A stretch of 24,000 nt of DNA from Stygiolobus sp. CP850M (GCF_037389425.1 NZ_JBBHKR010000043.1:1-24000), one strand, 5' to 3'; shown: positions 7,051-16,906, counted from the stretch's first letter. Notes: a model not told the origin generated them from the sequence alone. Numbers and translations: made by a program.

Positions 7051-8030
7051 ATCTTCCAGTACTCCCTTAAGATCCTTTTTTCTGTAGAGAGGAATTCCGC
7101 AAATTTACTTCTCGTTCTATCAGCACTTTTAGTACCCGCATAGTCCTTTTTCTCACCCTCTAACCCCTCTACAAAAGCCTTTATGCCCCTCTTCAAACCT
7201 ACGCTATACCCACCCTCTAATACGGCGTAAAACTTGTTTCTATGTCCTAAAATGCCTAACGCATTATAAGTCCTTTCGGTAGCCCTAATACTAGCCAATC
7301 CGTCATCTTCGAAGGCGTCAAAACCGGCTGAAAATGCTATGAGTGTCGGTTTAAAGTCGTCTAATATTGATTGGATTATAGGGAATAAATCCTCATATAA
7401 ATCATCCCCAGCCAGTGGTGGTAAAAGGAGATTAACCTTTGTACCTTTAGCTTCTCCCCCACCTATCATGTCAGGAAAACCGGTCCCAGGGTAAAGGGTA
7501 TGAGGATCTTGATGAATATCTATGTGCACGACATCTGGGTTTTCCCAGAAGATTTCTTGTGTACCGTTGCCATAATGAACGTCAAAGTCTATGATAGCTA
7601 CTCTTTTCAACTTCAATTTCAAGATGGGGTAAGCTATGTTGTTAAAGATACAAAAACCTAAAGTAGGTGCTCCTAAAGCTCTACCTGATTTACCCGCGTG
7701 ATGACCCGGAGGGCGAACTAAAGCAAAACCCTTATTTTTATATGCTGTTAACGCTCCGCCTAACGCTAACAATGCAGAATTCCACGTGTGTTCGTTAGTA
7801 TATGTATCGGCGTCTAACCATTCTCCTCTCTTGGAAGATAATTTTACTAGATTTACGTAGTTATCGTCATGAACGACTTTTGGCTCGTCCTCACCTACTT
7901 GATCTGGAGAGATAATAGGATTCTCTTTCAGGACTGACAACACAGTCTTTAATCTTTCGGGATTCTCAGCGTGACTAGAGGGATGTTGATGAAGAAGATA
8001 TGTCTCGGAGTAAACTAGTGGTATTTTCAT
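7047..8030 (-). CDS. histone deacetylase-superfamily amidohydrolase (AcuC / acetylpolyamine deacetylase-like)
   Basis: VRPPGHHAG (catalytic His pair), DFDVHYGNGTQ (metal ligands) and LEGGYS are present. The 327-aa length is typical of prokaryotic HDAC-like enzymes. Confidence 0.85.
   Translation of the reverse strand: MKIPLVYSETYLLHQHPSSHAENPERLKTVLSVLKENPIISPDQVGEDEPKVVHDDNYVNLVKLSSKRGEWLDADTYTNEHTWNSALLALGGALTAYKNKGFALVRPPGHHAGKSGRALGAPTLGFCIFNNIAYPILKLKLKRVAIIDFDVHYGNGTQEIFWENPDVVHIDIHQDPHTLYPGTGFPDMIGGGEAKGTKVNLLLPPLAGDDLYEDLFPIIQSILDDFKPTLIAFSAGFDAFEDDGLASIRATERTYNALGILGHRNKFYAVLEGGYSVGLKRGIKAFVEGLEGEKKDYAGTKSADRTRSKFAEFLSTEKRILREYWKI
7050..7081 (+). terminator. weak hairpin plus T6 tract downstream of the TnpB-like stop
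   Basis: GATCTT (7050-7055) pairs with AAGATC (7069-7074) around a 13-nt loop, followed by TTTTTT (7076-7081). Oligo-T tracts act as archaeal terminators. The element lies inside the opposing deacetylase CDS, and the stem is only 6 bp. Confidence 0.25.
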
Positions 8031-8034
8031 TTAC

Positions 8035-8041
8035 TTTAATA
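8035..8041 (+). promoter_or_regulatory. TATA box for the M24 peptidase gene
   Basis: TTTAATA is centred about 28 nt upstream of the ATG at 8066. Confidence 0.4.
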
Positions 8042-8054
8042 CTTTCTCCCTGAG

Positions 8055-8061
8055 AATAAAA
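8055..8061 (-). promoter_or_regulatory. TATA box for the deacetylase gene
   Basis: The minus strand reads TTTTATT, centred about 28 nt upstream of the ATG at 8030. It crosses over the peptidase TATA within the 35-nt divergent spacer. Confidence 0.4.
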
Positions 8062-8065
8062 GTGT

Positions 8066-9127
8066 ATGAATAGAGTGGCAAAAGTAAAGGAGTTAATGGT
8101 TAAAAACAACGTTGACTACATGTTGCTAGGTCCCGGAAGTAATATGTTCTATTTAAGTGGGTTCTCAGAAGAACAGATGGAAAGACCTTTATTTCTTATC
8201 ATTAGTCAATGGGACACTTACTTTTTAGCTCCGAAAATTTACGAGGAACAGCTTGAAAAACTGAACTTTAACGTGGTTTCTTATAACGATGGAGAAAACC
8301 CCTACAAAAAGCTGAATATAGAGAAAGGTAAAAGTATAGCTATTGACGACACGCTATGGTCTGCCTTCACCATAGACATTTTAGATTCGTTTTCTCCTTC
8401 TCGCCTAATAAAGGCTAGTAATATAATGAGAGAGGTAAGAATAATTAAAGATGATGAGGAGATCGCCATTATGAAAGAGGGACTTAAGATCGCCGAAAAG
8501 TCCTTCCTTGAGACATTAGAAATGGCAAAAGAGGGAGTGACGGAGAGAGAAATCTCTACATACTTAGTACACAGGTTTATCGAAAACGGAGCTGACGGAT
8601 ATTCATTCGAACCTATCATAACTTCCGGGAGTAATACATCGATGCCCCACCTCCGTTCTACCAGTAAGAAAGTTAGAAACGGTGAGGTTATAATATTCGA
8701 CTTTGGCGTGAAATACAAAGGATACTCAACAGATACTACGAGAGTCGCCTTTTTAGGAACTCCTACCGAGGAAGTAAAGAAGATTTATGAGGTAGTCAAG
8801 GAAGCTCAAGCGAAAGCTGAAGAATCCACAAGAGAAGGTATAAAAGCTTGCGAAGTTGACAAGATTGCTAGAGGACTAATATCTTACTACGGATATGGAG
8901 ACAAATTTATTCATAGAACTGGCCACGGCATAGGAATAGACGTTCATGAAGAACCTTATATATCTCCCGACAACAAGAGAAACTTACAAAATAACATGAC
9001 GTTCACTATCGAGCCTGGGATATACCTTCCTGGAAAGTTCGGCATAAGGATTGAAGATATGGTTTACATTAAAAACGGAAAGTCTGTAATCATGAATGAG
9101 CTCGAGAAAGAGATATTTAGGATCTAA
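8066..9127 (+). CDS. pepQ: M24B family Xaa-Pro dipeptidase / aminopeptidase P-like
   Basis: The pita-bread metal ligand pattern is present: FDFG...D, HRTGHGIGIDVHEEP, TIEPGIY and RIED. A creatinase-like N-terminal domain precedes it. Confidence 0.85.
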   Translation: MNRVAKVKELMVKNNVDYMLLGPGSNMFYLSGFSEEQMERPLFLIISQWDTYFLAPKIYEEQLEKLNFNVVSYNDGENPYKKLNIEKGKSIAIDDTLWSAFTIDILDSFSPSRLIKASNIMREVRIIKDDEEIAIMKEGLKIAEKSFLETLEMAKEGVTEREISTYLVHRFIENGADGYSFEPIITSGSNTSMPHLRSTSKKVRNGEVIIFDFGVKYKGYSTDTTRVAFLGTPTEEVKKIYEVVKEAQAKAEESTREGIKACEVDKIARGLISYYGYGDKFIHRTGHGIGIDVHEEPYISPDNKRNLQNNMTFTIEPGIYLPGKFGIRIEDMVYIKNGKSVIMNELEKEIFRI

Positions 9128-10263
9128 GCGTATAACCATGCTTTTTTAAGTCTCTTTACACCTTCAACTATTTGTTCCTCTGTAGCTACAGATACGCTTA
9201 ACCTAGCCATCGTCTCACCGCCTCTTAAGAAGAAAGTCCTTGCCGGAACGAAGCTGAGCCCTAGTTTCACCGCTTCTAAAAACACTTTCCATGAGTCCTT
9301 CTTTAAGTCTAATAGTAGAAAGAACCCGCATTTTGGAGGGTTAAAGTCTTTAAAACCTTCGTTTTGAAGCGAATCTGTAAGGACACTCATCTTCTTTCTG
9401 TAATGCTCCGATAACGATTTCATCCTACTTGTCACGATACCTTTTCTTATAAGCCTAGCTACAACGTATTGATTTATCGTAGAAGTTGAGAAGTCCATTT
9501 GCTCCAGTAAAGCCAGTTTTTGTGATATATCCTCCCTAGCTATAACAAACCCTATCCTTAATCCAGGGGCTATTATTTTACTGAAAGAACTGATGTAAAT
9601 AACCCTACCTTCTTTATCGAAATACTTGATAGGTTTTGGAGTACTTCCAGCTATGGGCTTATAAGGATCATCCTCAAGGATATAAAAATCGTATTTACTT
9701 GCCAGCTCCACTAACTTTTTCCTTCTCTCCTCACATAAGTTAACTCCTGCAGGATTATGACAATTTGGTATAACATAAAGGAGCTTTATCTTCACTATCT
9801 TCAATAACATCTCAAGTTCATCGACATTAATTCCGTTTGAGTCTAAAGAAATTGGAACTACTACATTACTTCTCAGCTTAAGAGGAGTAAAGGTTTCGAC
9901 AAAAGTAGGGTTTTCTACAGCTATTGTGTCGTTTTCGAGGAAGTACTTAGCTAATAACTCCATAGCATGTTGAGCTCCGCTCGTAACTACTATTTCGCTT
10001 TCTTTGGCTGATAAGTCGAGAGACGGTAATAAGATGTTTTTTATTTCCTTTATTAACTCCTCTTGACCACCAGCACCAGGGTAAAAGAGAACTTTACTTC
10101 CGTATTCATCAATTACTTCTTCATAAGCTTCCTTTATTTCCTTCAGAGGCATAACTCTTGGATCTGGCGTCCCACTAGCTAAGTTTATTTCAACCTTCTT
10201 AGCTGTTTGTGAGCCTAATTCTACCGGCGACAATTCTATTTCTTTTCCGATTCTGGAGACCAT
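9124..10263 (-). CDS. PLP-dependent class I/II aminotransferase (LysN / 2-aminoadipate or aromatic aminotransferase-like)
   Basis: NPTF, NCHNPAG, DDPY and SSFSKIIAPGLRIGF (the PLP lysine) are present. The product is 379 aa with no HTH domain. Confidence 0.8.
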   Translation of the reverse strand: MVSRIGKEIELSPVELGSQTAKKVEINLASGTPDPRVMPLKEIKEAYEEVIDEYGSKVLFYPGAGGQEELIKEIKNILLPSLDLSAKESEIVVTSGAQHAMELLAKYFLENDTIAVENPTFVETFTPLKLRSNVVVPISLDSNGINVDELEMLLKIVKIKLLYVIPNCHNPAGVNLCEERRKKLVELASKYDFYILEDDPYKPIAGSTPKPIKYFDKEGRVIYISSFSKIIAPGLRIGFVIAREDISQKLALLEQMDFSTSTINQYVVARLIRKGIVTSRMKSLSEHYRKKMSVLTDSLQNEGFKDFNPPKCGFFLLLDLKKDSWKVFLEAVKLGLSFVPARTFFLRGGETMARLSVSVATEEQIVEGVKRLKKAWLYA

Positions 10264-11189
10264 CTACCCCTCACCACTATTTCTGTACCCAAGCCTATTT
10301 TCTTAGCTTTTTCATATAATACTTTCATAACCGCTACGTCTTCCAGCCCTATCCCTAAGGATTTAAAAACTGTTATTTCGTCCTCGCTTTTCCTCTTTAT
10401 TTGCCCATCTATAACGGAAGAAATCGGTACAACTTTATCCCAGTCTAACATCTTCATTTTATCTGCTAAAATTAGGTCTCCCGCCTCTTCCTTAGCTTGT
10501 TGTAGATCTTCAACAACTATCAAAGATGCTACTTTGAGGACTTCTGGAAACAATTCCACCCTTTCTGGTAAATTAGATCCCATTGCGTTAATGTGAACAC
10601 CTTTCTCTAGAAATTCAGATTTGAGAAAAGGATCCTTTGAATTCGTCACGGTGACTATCACTTCTGCATCTTTACACGCATCTTTGTAATCCTTGGCTTT
10701 TATCACGTTAAAGCCGTCCTTAAGCAACTGTTTCACTTCTAACTCTAGCTTCTCTTTGCTAAACACTTTAATAGTAACACCTTTCTTCAGTTCATGAAAT
10801 GCTCTAACTTGGAATTGACCTTGTCTCCCGAGACCTATAACCGTAATGTGAGAATAACTTGGTTTTGCTAGATAGTCAGCTGCAATTACTGAAATAACTC
10901 CCGTTCTAATTCTGGTCAGAAGATCCGCCTCAGTTATTAACAATAACTCCCCGTTCTCGTCAAAGAGCATAGAAATGAAAGAACCTTTGAGAAATACTTT
11001 AAAGCCTAAATAACTGTCTATGCCACCCGCTTGATAAGTTAGTACACTACCGTGATACGACGTTCTCACCCTTTTCGTATTAGCGGCGAGACCAGAATTC
11101 AATTGTTTAAAAGCTCTGACTAGTGAATCATAAACTTCCCTATAGTTTAACACCTTTTCAACGTCATTCTCTCGGAGCAGTAATGCCAT
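10236..11189 (-). CDS. ornithine cyclodeaminase / mu-crystallin family NAD(P) enzyme (cyclodeaminase, ketimine reductase or alanine dehydrogenase type)
   Basis: The N-terminal LLRENDVEKVL...AF region, a Rossmann motif VIGLGRQGQFQ, and the 317-aa length with a GxNxP-like INAMGSN segment are typical of the OCD/mu-crystallin family. Confidence 0.8.
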   Translation of the reverse strand: MALLLRENDVEKVLNYREVYDSLVRAFKQLNSGLAANTKRVRTSYHGSVLTYQAGGIDSYLGFKVFLKGSFISMLFDENGELLLITEADLLTRIRTGVISVIAADYLAKPSYSHITVIGLGRQGQFQVRAFHELKKGVTIKVFSKEKLELEVKQLLKDGFNVIKAKDYKDACKDAEVIVTVTNSKDPFLKSEFLEKGVHINAMGSNLPERVELFPEVLKVASLIVVEDLQQAKEEAGDLILADKMKMLDWDKVVPISSVIDGQIKRKSEDEITVFKSLGIGLEDVAVMKVLYEKAKKIGLGTEIVVRGRWSPESEKK

Positions 11190-11249
11190 TTAGTCCCTAT
11201 TATCTTATGCCTTTCTGCTTAAAAGTAAAACTAATATAATTTTTCAATT

Positions 11250-11564
11250 ATGGAATTAACCCCGAGGTTACAAGATATTATCTCAATTTTAAAAGAAAGG
11301 GGAACCGTAAATCTAAAAGATCTAGCCCTAGAACTTAAAATATCTCCAAAGACAGCTAAGGGTTACGCAAGGGAATTGTATCGGCTTGGTTTTGTAGAAA
11401 TAGATGAAAATGATAACCTAAAGTTGAAGAACGAGAACCCTGATAGTGTAGAACATCTAAAGAAGACTGTCGAGATCCACGATAATGAAATAGCTTTACT
11501 CAAGAAAGAAATTGAACAACTAAAAGAGGAAATAACAAGACTTAAAAAAGCCCCTAAGAAGTAA
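11250..11564 (+). CDS. small winged-helix DNA-binding protein with C-terminal coiled coil
   Basis: An HTH-like segment (VNLKDLALELKISPKTAKGYARELYRLGFV) is followed by a heptad-rich tail (IALLKKEIEQLKEEITRLKK). Confidence 0.5.
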   Translation: MELTPRLQDIISILKERGTVNLKDLALELKISPKTAKGYARELYRLGFVEIDENDNLKLKNENPDSVEHLKKTVEIHDNEIALLKKEIEQLKEEITRLKKAPKK

Positions 11565-12237
11565 GCCCTAAGGATAGTTTCATGACATAAGAAAGCCATC
11601 TTAACATTTTTCCGTTATCAAGCTTACTATTCCCTTTTTCTCTATCTCGGAATATTATCGGAACTTCAACAATCCGTAAATTATTCCTCAACACTTTGTA
11701 TATAGCACAAATTTGAAACTCATAACCACCAGCGTTCTGGCAAGATGAAACGACTTCAACAGCTTTAGCACTATAGACTCTATAACCCGAAGTGTTATCC
11801 TGAACTGGAGAACGAAGAAGTATCCTAGTGATCAAATTCGCCCCCTTACTTATGATTTTTCTTTTCAAAGGCCAGTTTTCGATCTTTCCGCCTTGTATGT
11901 ACCTAGAGCCTATAACTAGATCAGTGTTCAAACTGGCGTTAAACATTGAAGGTAAGAAAGAGGGATCGTGACTGAGGTCTGCGTCCATAGTAGCGATATG
12001 TGACAGCCCCATCTCAACAGCCTTTCTTAACCCAAACCTCAAGGCACTTCCTAGACCTCTCTCGTTCGTTCTTACAAACACTACTGCACCCATCTGCTTA
12101 GCTATTTCTGCAGTATTATCCCCACTATTATCATCAACTACAATTACTACTACATCCTTTACCCTCTCCCTGATTTCCTTTATCAACACCTTAATGTTGT
12201 CAGCTTCATTATACGTTGGGACTACTACTCCGTACAT
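11554..12237 (-). CDS. dolichyl-phosphate mannose/glucose synthase-like GT2 (soluble Dpm1 type)
   Basis: VVVPTYNEADNI, VVDDNSGDNT and MDADLSHDP motifs are present. I chose the ATG at 12237 (MYGVVVPTYNE), although the GTG at 12261 is also possible. Confidence 0.8.
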   Translation of the reverse strand: MYGVVVPTYNEADNIKVLIKEIRERVKDVVVIVVDDNSGDNTAEIAKQMGAVVFVRTNERGLGSALRFGLRKAVEMGLSHIATMDADLSHDPSFLPSMFNASLNTDLVIGSRYIQGGKIENWPLKRKIISKGANLITRILLRSPVQDNTSGYRVYSAKAVEVVSSCQNAGGYEFQICAIYKVLRNNLRIVEVPIIFRDREKGNSKLDNGKMLRWLSYVMKLSLGLTS

Positions 12238-12688
12238 TACACATTTCCCATATTTTGTCACTTACATAATGTAAATTTATTCCAAACTTTCCTTTCCTTT
12301 CAGCCATAGCTTTCTCCTTTGACATTACCACTTTTATTATGGATACGGGTAAACCGGTTTTTGTCTTTACCAAGACTATATCCCCCTCTTTACATTCACA
12401 ATCGTAACTTACAATTCCAGGGGCAAACAAGTCAGCACCTTTAACCACATGCTTCACCGCTCCTTCGTCAATAGTCACAGAAGATATATTCAACTTAAAC
12501 TTCTGTATCAAACATATTGTAGGAATGAGTTCCTCTGAGAAGAAAGATAGTAAACCATCTATGAAATAATATACTTCCTTTTTTTCCTTACCTATTTCCA
12601 CTTTACCGTCCAATTCCCAACCATACTTTTCTTTGACCCTAGATAAAAACTCCCTCTTATCCTTTTCAGACAACATATGCTTCTGCAA
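12209..12688 (-). CDS. PUA-domain RNA-binding protein (archaeal MCT-1/Tma20-like)
   Basis: The C-terminal half (IDEGAVKHVVKGADLFAPGIV...GDIVLV...HYVSDKIW) matches the PUA fold pattern. The gene starts 3 nt after the upstream stop, and its tail overlaps the next gene by 29 nt. Confidence 0.7.
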   Translation of the reverse strand: MQKHMLSEKDKREFLSRVKEKYGWELDGKVEIGKEKKEVYYFIDGLLSFFSEELIPTICLIQKFKLNISSVTIDEGAVKHVVKGADLFAPGIVSYDCECKEGDIVLVKTKTGLPVSIIKVVMSKEKAMAERKGKFGINLHYVSDKIWEMCNVRSSSPNV

Positions 12689-12691
12689 GAC

Positions 12692-14812
12692 TTACTTCAC
12701 CAGATCCTCAAATTTTACGGGCATTTTGTATATATACTTGCCTATACATTGTTCAATTGCATTAATAATTGCTGGAGTCGCAGCTACCGCTCCAGCCTCA
12801 CCTATTCCTTTACTACCAGTTGGATGCGGAGACTTACCGAAGGTAATATAATGCCACTCAATCTCAGGGACTTCCACGGCTGTAGGTAAAGGATACTCTG
12901 TAAAGTTAGAGTTTATCTGAACCCCATTATCGTTAAACACAACCCCTTCAAGTATAGCCTGAGAAATTCCTTGCAATATACCACCAATAGCCTGACCCTC
13001 TGCTAGCAAGGGATTTATTACCACACCTACATCATCAATAGCTATATACTTTGTTATCTTTACCTTACCCGTCTCGTCAACGGTTACCTTAGCTAAATGG
13101 ACACCATAAGGCGTTGTAGGTGGTGTGTTAACTTTATATACAGCTGTAAAGTCGAGACTTTCACCCATTGAATACGCGTTCCGGACTATATCATTAAATT
13201 TAACCTCTCTACCGTCTTTCTTATGTCTAACTTTCCCTTCAGTGTATTCTACCTCTTCTACATCCGCGTTGAGAAGTTTGGACCCTATTTCAATTAGTTT
13301 AGCCTTCAACTTTTCACTAGCTAAAATAACTGCCGAACCGCCAATTGTCACCGTTCTGCTTCCCCAAGTACCTATTCCGTCTTCAATAATCTCTGTATCA
13401 CCCCATCTTATCTCTATTTTTTCCATAGGTAACTGAAGGACATCTGCGGCAATCTGAACAAAAGCGGTAGGATCTCCTTGACCATGAGGACCGGTTCCAG
13501 TTACAAGAGTCACTTTGCCATCACTCTTGACATATATTCTTGCTACTTCCCAAGGCCCGAAAGCCGTGATTTCAACATATGTAGAAACACCTACACATCC
13601 ATCGCCCTCATTCTTCAACTTTTCGTAATAACTCTTTCCAATCTCAAGAAGTTTCTTAACATCACCACTATCGTAAGTAATGCCGAAAACGTTTTTGTAA
13701 GGCAACGAGTCTATTACGTTCTTTAACCTGATTTCGTATTGGTCTATTCCGAGTTCGTTTGCAACTATATTCACTATTCTCTCTATAAAGTAAGTACCTT
13801 CGGGTCTACCTGCACCGCGGTAAGACTGAGTGGGAGTTATGTTTGTGTGAACCGCGTAAGCGTCAATCTCGGCTCCGATCAGCTTATATAAACCCGGAAG
13901 CATTCTAACTGAGCTCTTTACATTACCTAGCTCATCGTCGTTCGCATCATAATACGGTGCACCTAGGTTTCCTACTAATCTTCCCTTTATACCTAAGATT
14001 GTTCCATCCTTCTTAACGGCAACTTGGAAATCAAGGAACTTGTCTCTCCCATGACCTGCAGATATCATTTCCTCAGTCCTTGTAGGGATCCACTTTAAGG
14101 GTTTTCTAGTAATGATCGCTAACTTGGCTAAAGCATATTCTTCTGGATGAGCAATGATCTTGCTTCCGAAAGCACCTCCGACGTCAGGTTGGATAACTCG
14201 GATGTTTTCCATTCCTAAGAAGCTTACTAAATTACGCCTCAAGTAATGAGCAGATTGTGTAGAAGAGTAGAAGGTTAACTTGGTACCGTCATAATATGCT
14301 ACGGCACCCCTTGTTTCTAAAGGAGAAGCGATTACCCTCTGATTGTAAAGTCTTCCAGATATTACCTTGTCAGCCTCCCTAAAGGCTTTCTCAACATCTC
14401 CACCTTTCCATGTTTCTTTATAAGCAATGTTACTCTCTAACTTAGAGTACACTTTTACATGATCCTTTAAAGCCTCTTCTGGATCCAAGACATATTGAAG
14501 AGGCTCATACTCAACTTCAATACTCTCCAACATGTCATATGCTTCATATCTGTCCTTAGCAATTACTGCCGCAATAGGCTGACCCACGTAAGTAACCTCT
14601 TGTGAAGCTATCGGAAAGTCCTTTCCAGGATTTATGTCCTCACCAGTATACACACCTTGAGTTTTCCTAACCCTTATCCTAGCATGAGGGACTGTGCTCC
14701 TAAGAAAGGCAACAAATAACATCCCTGGAAATTCGATATCATCTACGTAGACTCCTTTACCCGTAATTAACCTTACATCTTCAACTCTCTTTATTGGTTT
14801 ACCAACGTACAT
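12692..14812 (-). CDS. molybdopterin-dependent hydroxylase large subunit (xanthine dehydrogenase / aldehyde oxidoreductase CutA-CoxL family)
   Basis: The N-terminal GKPIKRVEDVRLITGKGVYVDDI and a TQSYRGAGRPEG active-site loop (AYRGAGR-type, not the AYxCSFR of true CO dehydrogenase) are present. At 706 aa the product also carries a C-terminal GIGEAG motif. Confidence 0.85.
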   Translation of the reverse strand: MYVGKPIKRVEDVRLITGKGVYVDDIEFPGMLFVAFLRSTVPHARIRVRKTQGVYTGEDINPGKDFPIASQEVTYVGQPIAAVIAKDRYEAYDMLESIEVEYEPLQYVLDPEEALKDHVKVYSKLESNIAYKETWKGGDVEKAFREADKVISGRLYNQRVIASPLETRGAVAYYDGTKLTFYSSTQSAHYLRRNLVSFLGMENIRVIQPDVGGAFGSKIIAHPEEYALAKLAIITRKPLKWIPTRTEEMISAGHGRDKFLDFQVAVKKDGTILGIKGRLVGNLGAPYYDANDDELGNVKSSVRMLPGLYKLIGAEIDAYAVHTNITPTQSYRGAGRPEGTYFIERIVNIVANELGIDQYEIRLKNVIDSLPYKNVFGITYDSGDVKKLLEIGKSYYEKLKNEGDGCVGVSTYVEITAFGPWEVARIYVKSDGKVTLVTGTGPHGQGDPTAFVQIAADVLQLPMEKIEIRWGDTEIIEDGIGTWGSRTVTIGGSAVILASEKLKAKLIEIGSKLLNADVEEVEYTEGKVRHKKDGREVKFNDIVRNAYSMGESLDFTAVYKVNTPPTTPYGVHLAKVTVDETGKVKITKYIAIDDVGVVINPLLAEGQAIGGILQGISQAILEGVVFNDNGVQINSNFTEYPLPTAVEVPEIEWHYITFGKSPHPTGSKGIGEAGAVAATPAIINAIEQCIGKYIYKMPVKFEDLVK

Positions 14813-14876
14813 ATCATATTTTTAAATGTCAGTAAATTAAAAACTCTAGCATTAAAGTAAGTTAACGAAAGTGCGA

Positions 14877-15065
14877 TTAATTCAAAGAATTTTGAACATA
14901 ATGAAAGTACCTACCATGTCTGGTTATTTTATTTTCCTTCATTAACTGTATTAGGGCATCGTTTACCTCTGGTGCTGGTCTGTTCACTAACTTCAGTAGC
15001 TCGTTAAAGGTTATCCACCCCTTCTCTTTCATTAGTCTCTCCACTTCATCTTTCACTGAACTCAT
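14877..15065 (-). CDS. small (62 aa) winged-helix-like protein
   Basis: The GWITFNELLKLVNRPAPEVNDALIQLMKENKITRHGRYF pattern resembles a minimal wHTH. A TATA-like TTTTTTAA lies about 27 nt upstream on the minus strand. Confidence 0.45.
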   Translation of the reverse strand: MSSVKDEVERLMKEKGWITFNELLKLVNRPAPEVNDALIQLMKENKITRHGRYFHYVQNSLN

Positions 15066-15135
15066 GCTAAGCTAAAGAAGTAACAACAGTTAAAAAATAC
15101 ACATAAAACAGAGCTTGCATAGATGTTAAACAATT

Positions 15136-15495
15136 ATGAAGCTCTATTTTCCTATACTGGCTTCAGACGTAACAATAATTTTAGGTACAATACTCTTGCT
15201 CAATAAAGTCCCTTTTTTAATCACTGTTGGTAGTATAATAGACATAGTTTTGCTTACCATTGCCGCTTACCTAATTTATAAGGGCATAAAATATTCGGAT
15301 GTTCTGGGATTTGTCTTAAGTATAATTCAAATTCTAGGTAATTCTACTGATCCAGTTCATTTGAGAGCACTGAACGAGTTTGGCACAACATTATACTTGT
15401 CTATTTTAGACATCTTAATGGTGTTGTCATTTTACGTGTTTCCCCTAACCTACATAACTATGTTTCTTATAAAGAGAAAAAATCCCGTCACTTAA
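15136..15495 (+). CDS. small integral membrane protein (3-4 predicted TM segments)
   Basis: Four hydrophobic stretches occur across 119 aa. ACATAAAAC is centred about 28 nt upstream of the ATG. Confidence 0.5.
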   Translation: MKLYFPILASDVTIILGTILLLNKVPFLITVGSIIDIVLLTIAAYLIYKGIKYSDVLGFVLSIIQILGNSTDPVHLRALNEFGTTLYLSILDILMVLSFYVFPLTYITMFLIKRKNPVT

Positions 15496-16883
15496 CCCTC
15501 ATATTCTACTGGGTCTTTTAATCCGTTAATTTCGAACGCTTTTTTCCTCATGTAACATGGGCCACATCTACCGCAATGTTTTTCGCCACCCTCATAACAA
15601 CTCCACGTTAAATGTAACGGTGCACCTATCTCTACACCTAACTTAACTATTTCATGTTTTACTAAATTCCCTACGGGCATTAACACGTCAACTTTCTTGT
15701 TAGGACCAGTAGCATAAGGTGATAGTTTAGCGAAAAGTCTCACGAATTCCATCTCGTTATCAGGATAAGCTCCTGCTTCCTCGAGATTTATTCCCGAGGC
15801 TATTGCATCATATCCATGTGCCTCAGCAATAGCCAATGCTACGGAAAAGAATACTAGGTTTCTAGCGGGAACCCACTCGTGTGCGAACTCTGCTCCTTCT
15901 TCACCTCTTCTGTCCTTCACTATTTCTCCTCCACCCTTAAGAAGTGTCGAGTGTCCAACAATCTTGAAAAGATCCGTGTCTATCATCATGTAAGGGACTT
16001 GCAAAAATTCAGCGATCTTCTTCACTGCCTCTTTCTCTTTTTCCTCGGCTTTGTGGTGGTAATTGAAGTGGAGTAAAGTCACCTCATATCCATTCTTAAG
16101 TAAATAGGTAGCTGCAACAGTCGAGTCAAGCCCTCCACTAGCTATCACTAAAGCCTTCTTCCTTGGTTTCTCATCTAACAACGGGATTTCCTTTATTCCC
16201 ATATTGTTTGATACTTTAACAATCGAGTAGGGATTTAGCTTCCTGACAAAGACACTGTCTAAGGGCCTAATACTGAAATATTCGTCTAAAGAGGTAAAGA
16301 ATATAGCCCCTAATTCTTTATCGTACATCATATAAACAGGTTTAAAGTTTTGAGCGACGTAAATCGTGTTGGGATCTGACTTGTCACCTATTATGAAAGC
16401 AAAGCTGCCCTTTACATCTTGAAGAATCGTTTTCAAGACTTCAAGGTCTCCGTTCCATGCCTTATCCAAGATGGGAGGAATAACACTGCTATCTATCTTA
16501 CTTTGCTTCCTGACTTTGTACTTCTTTTCGAGTTCTGAGTCATTAGCAATTATGCCGTTATGAGTAACGATATACCGTTCTCCTTCAAATGGCTGAATCT
16601 CGTTATAGTTCTTATCCTTTACATATTCGGTTGTGGGTTCAGCCCTATTATTTGCTATGACAACTCTGCTGTTTTCATCTAAAACCCCTTTTAACTTCTC
16701 CTCATTTAACGAAGGTCTTCCGACTGACTTTACTACCTTAGTCTTACCGTCAATCTGAATTACTGCAACTCCGAAACTATCCCTTCCTCTATCTTCAGCT
16801 TTCTTCAAAATCTCTATAAGCTTAGCTTCGATCTCCTTGTAGTTCTCATGTTTAAGTATAAGTACTCCTGATACACTACACAT
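15492..16883 (-). CDS. GAT-QueC fusion (class-II glutamine amidotransferase + QueC-like PP-loop domain), crenarchaeal archaeosine synthase type
   Basis: The ATG at 16883 gives MCSVSG, so Cys is the N-terminal nucleophile. The C-terminal half has [11 protein letters not shown] (SGGxDS PP-loop) and C-x8-C-x2-C-x2-C ([15 protein letters not shown]), as in QueC. The GAT-QueC family is known to replace ArcS in Crenarchaeota. Confidence 0.85.
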   Translation of the reverse strand: MCSVSGVLILKHENYKEIEAKLIEILKKAEDRGRDSFGVAVIQIDGKTKVVKSVGRPSLNEEKLKGVLDENSRVVIANNRAEPTTEYVKDKNYNEIQPFEGERYIVTHNGIIANDSELEKKYKVRKQSKIDSSVIPPILDKAWNGDLEVLKTILQDVKGSFAFIIGDKSDPNTIYVAQNFKPVYMMYDKELGAIFFTSLDEYFSIRPLDSVFVRKLNPYSIVKVSNNMGIKEIPLLDEKPRKKALVIASGGLDSTVAATYLLKNGYEVTLLHFNYHHKAEEKEKEAVKKIAEFLQVPYMMIDTDLFKIVGHSTLLKGGGEIVKDRRGEEGAEFAHEWVPARNLVFFSVALAIAEAHGYDAIASGINLEEAGAYPDNEMEFVRLFAKLSPYATGPNKKVDVLMPVGNLVKHEIVKLGVEIGAPLHLTWSCYEGGEKHCGRCGPCYMRKKAFEINGLKDPVEYEG

Positions 16884-16906
16884 TAAAGGCACTTAGCTTA
16901 TAGGTA

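Noticed and set aside
12692-14812. Calling the Mo-hydroxylase large subunit a carbon-monoxide dehydrogenase (CoxL).
   Set aside because: The active-site loop reads SYRGAGR rather than the AYxCSFR motif of form-I CODH. No coxM/coxS or accessory genes are adjacent. A generic aldehyde or xanthine-type oxidoreductase call is safer.
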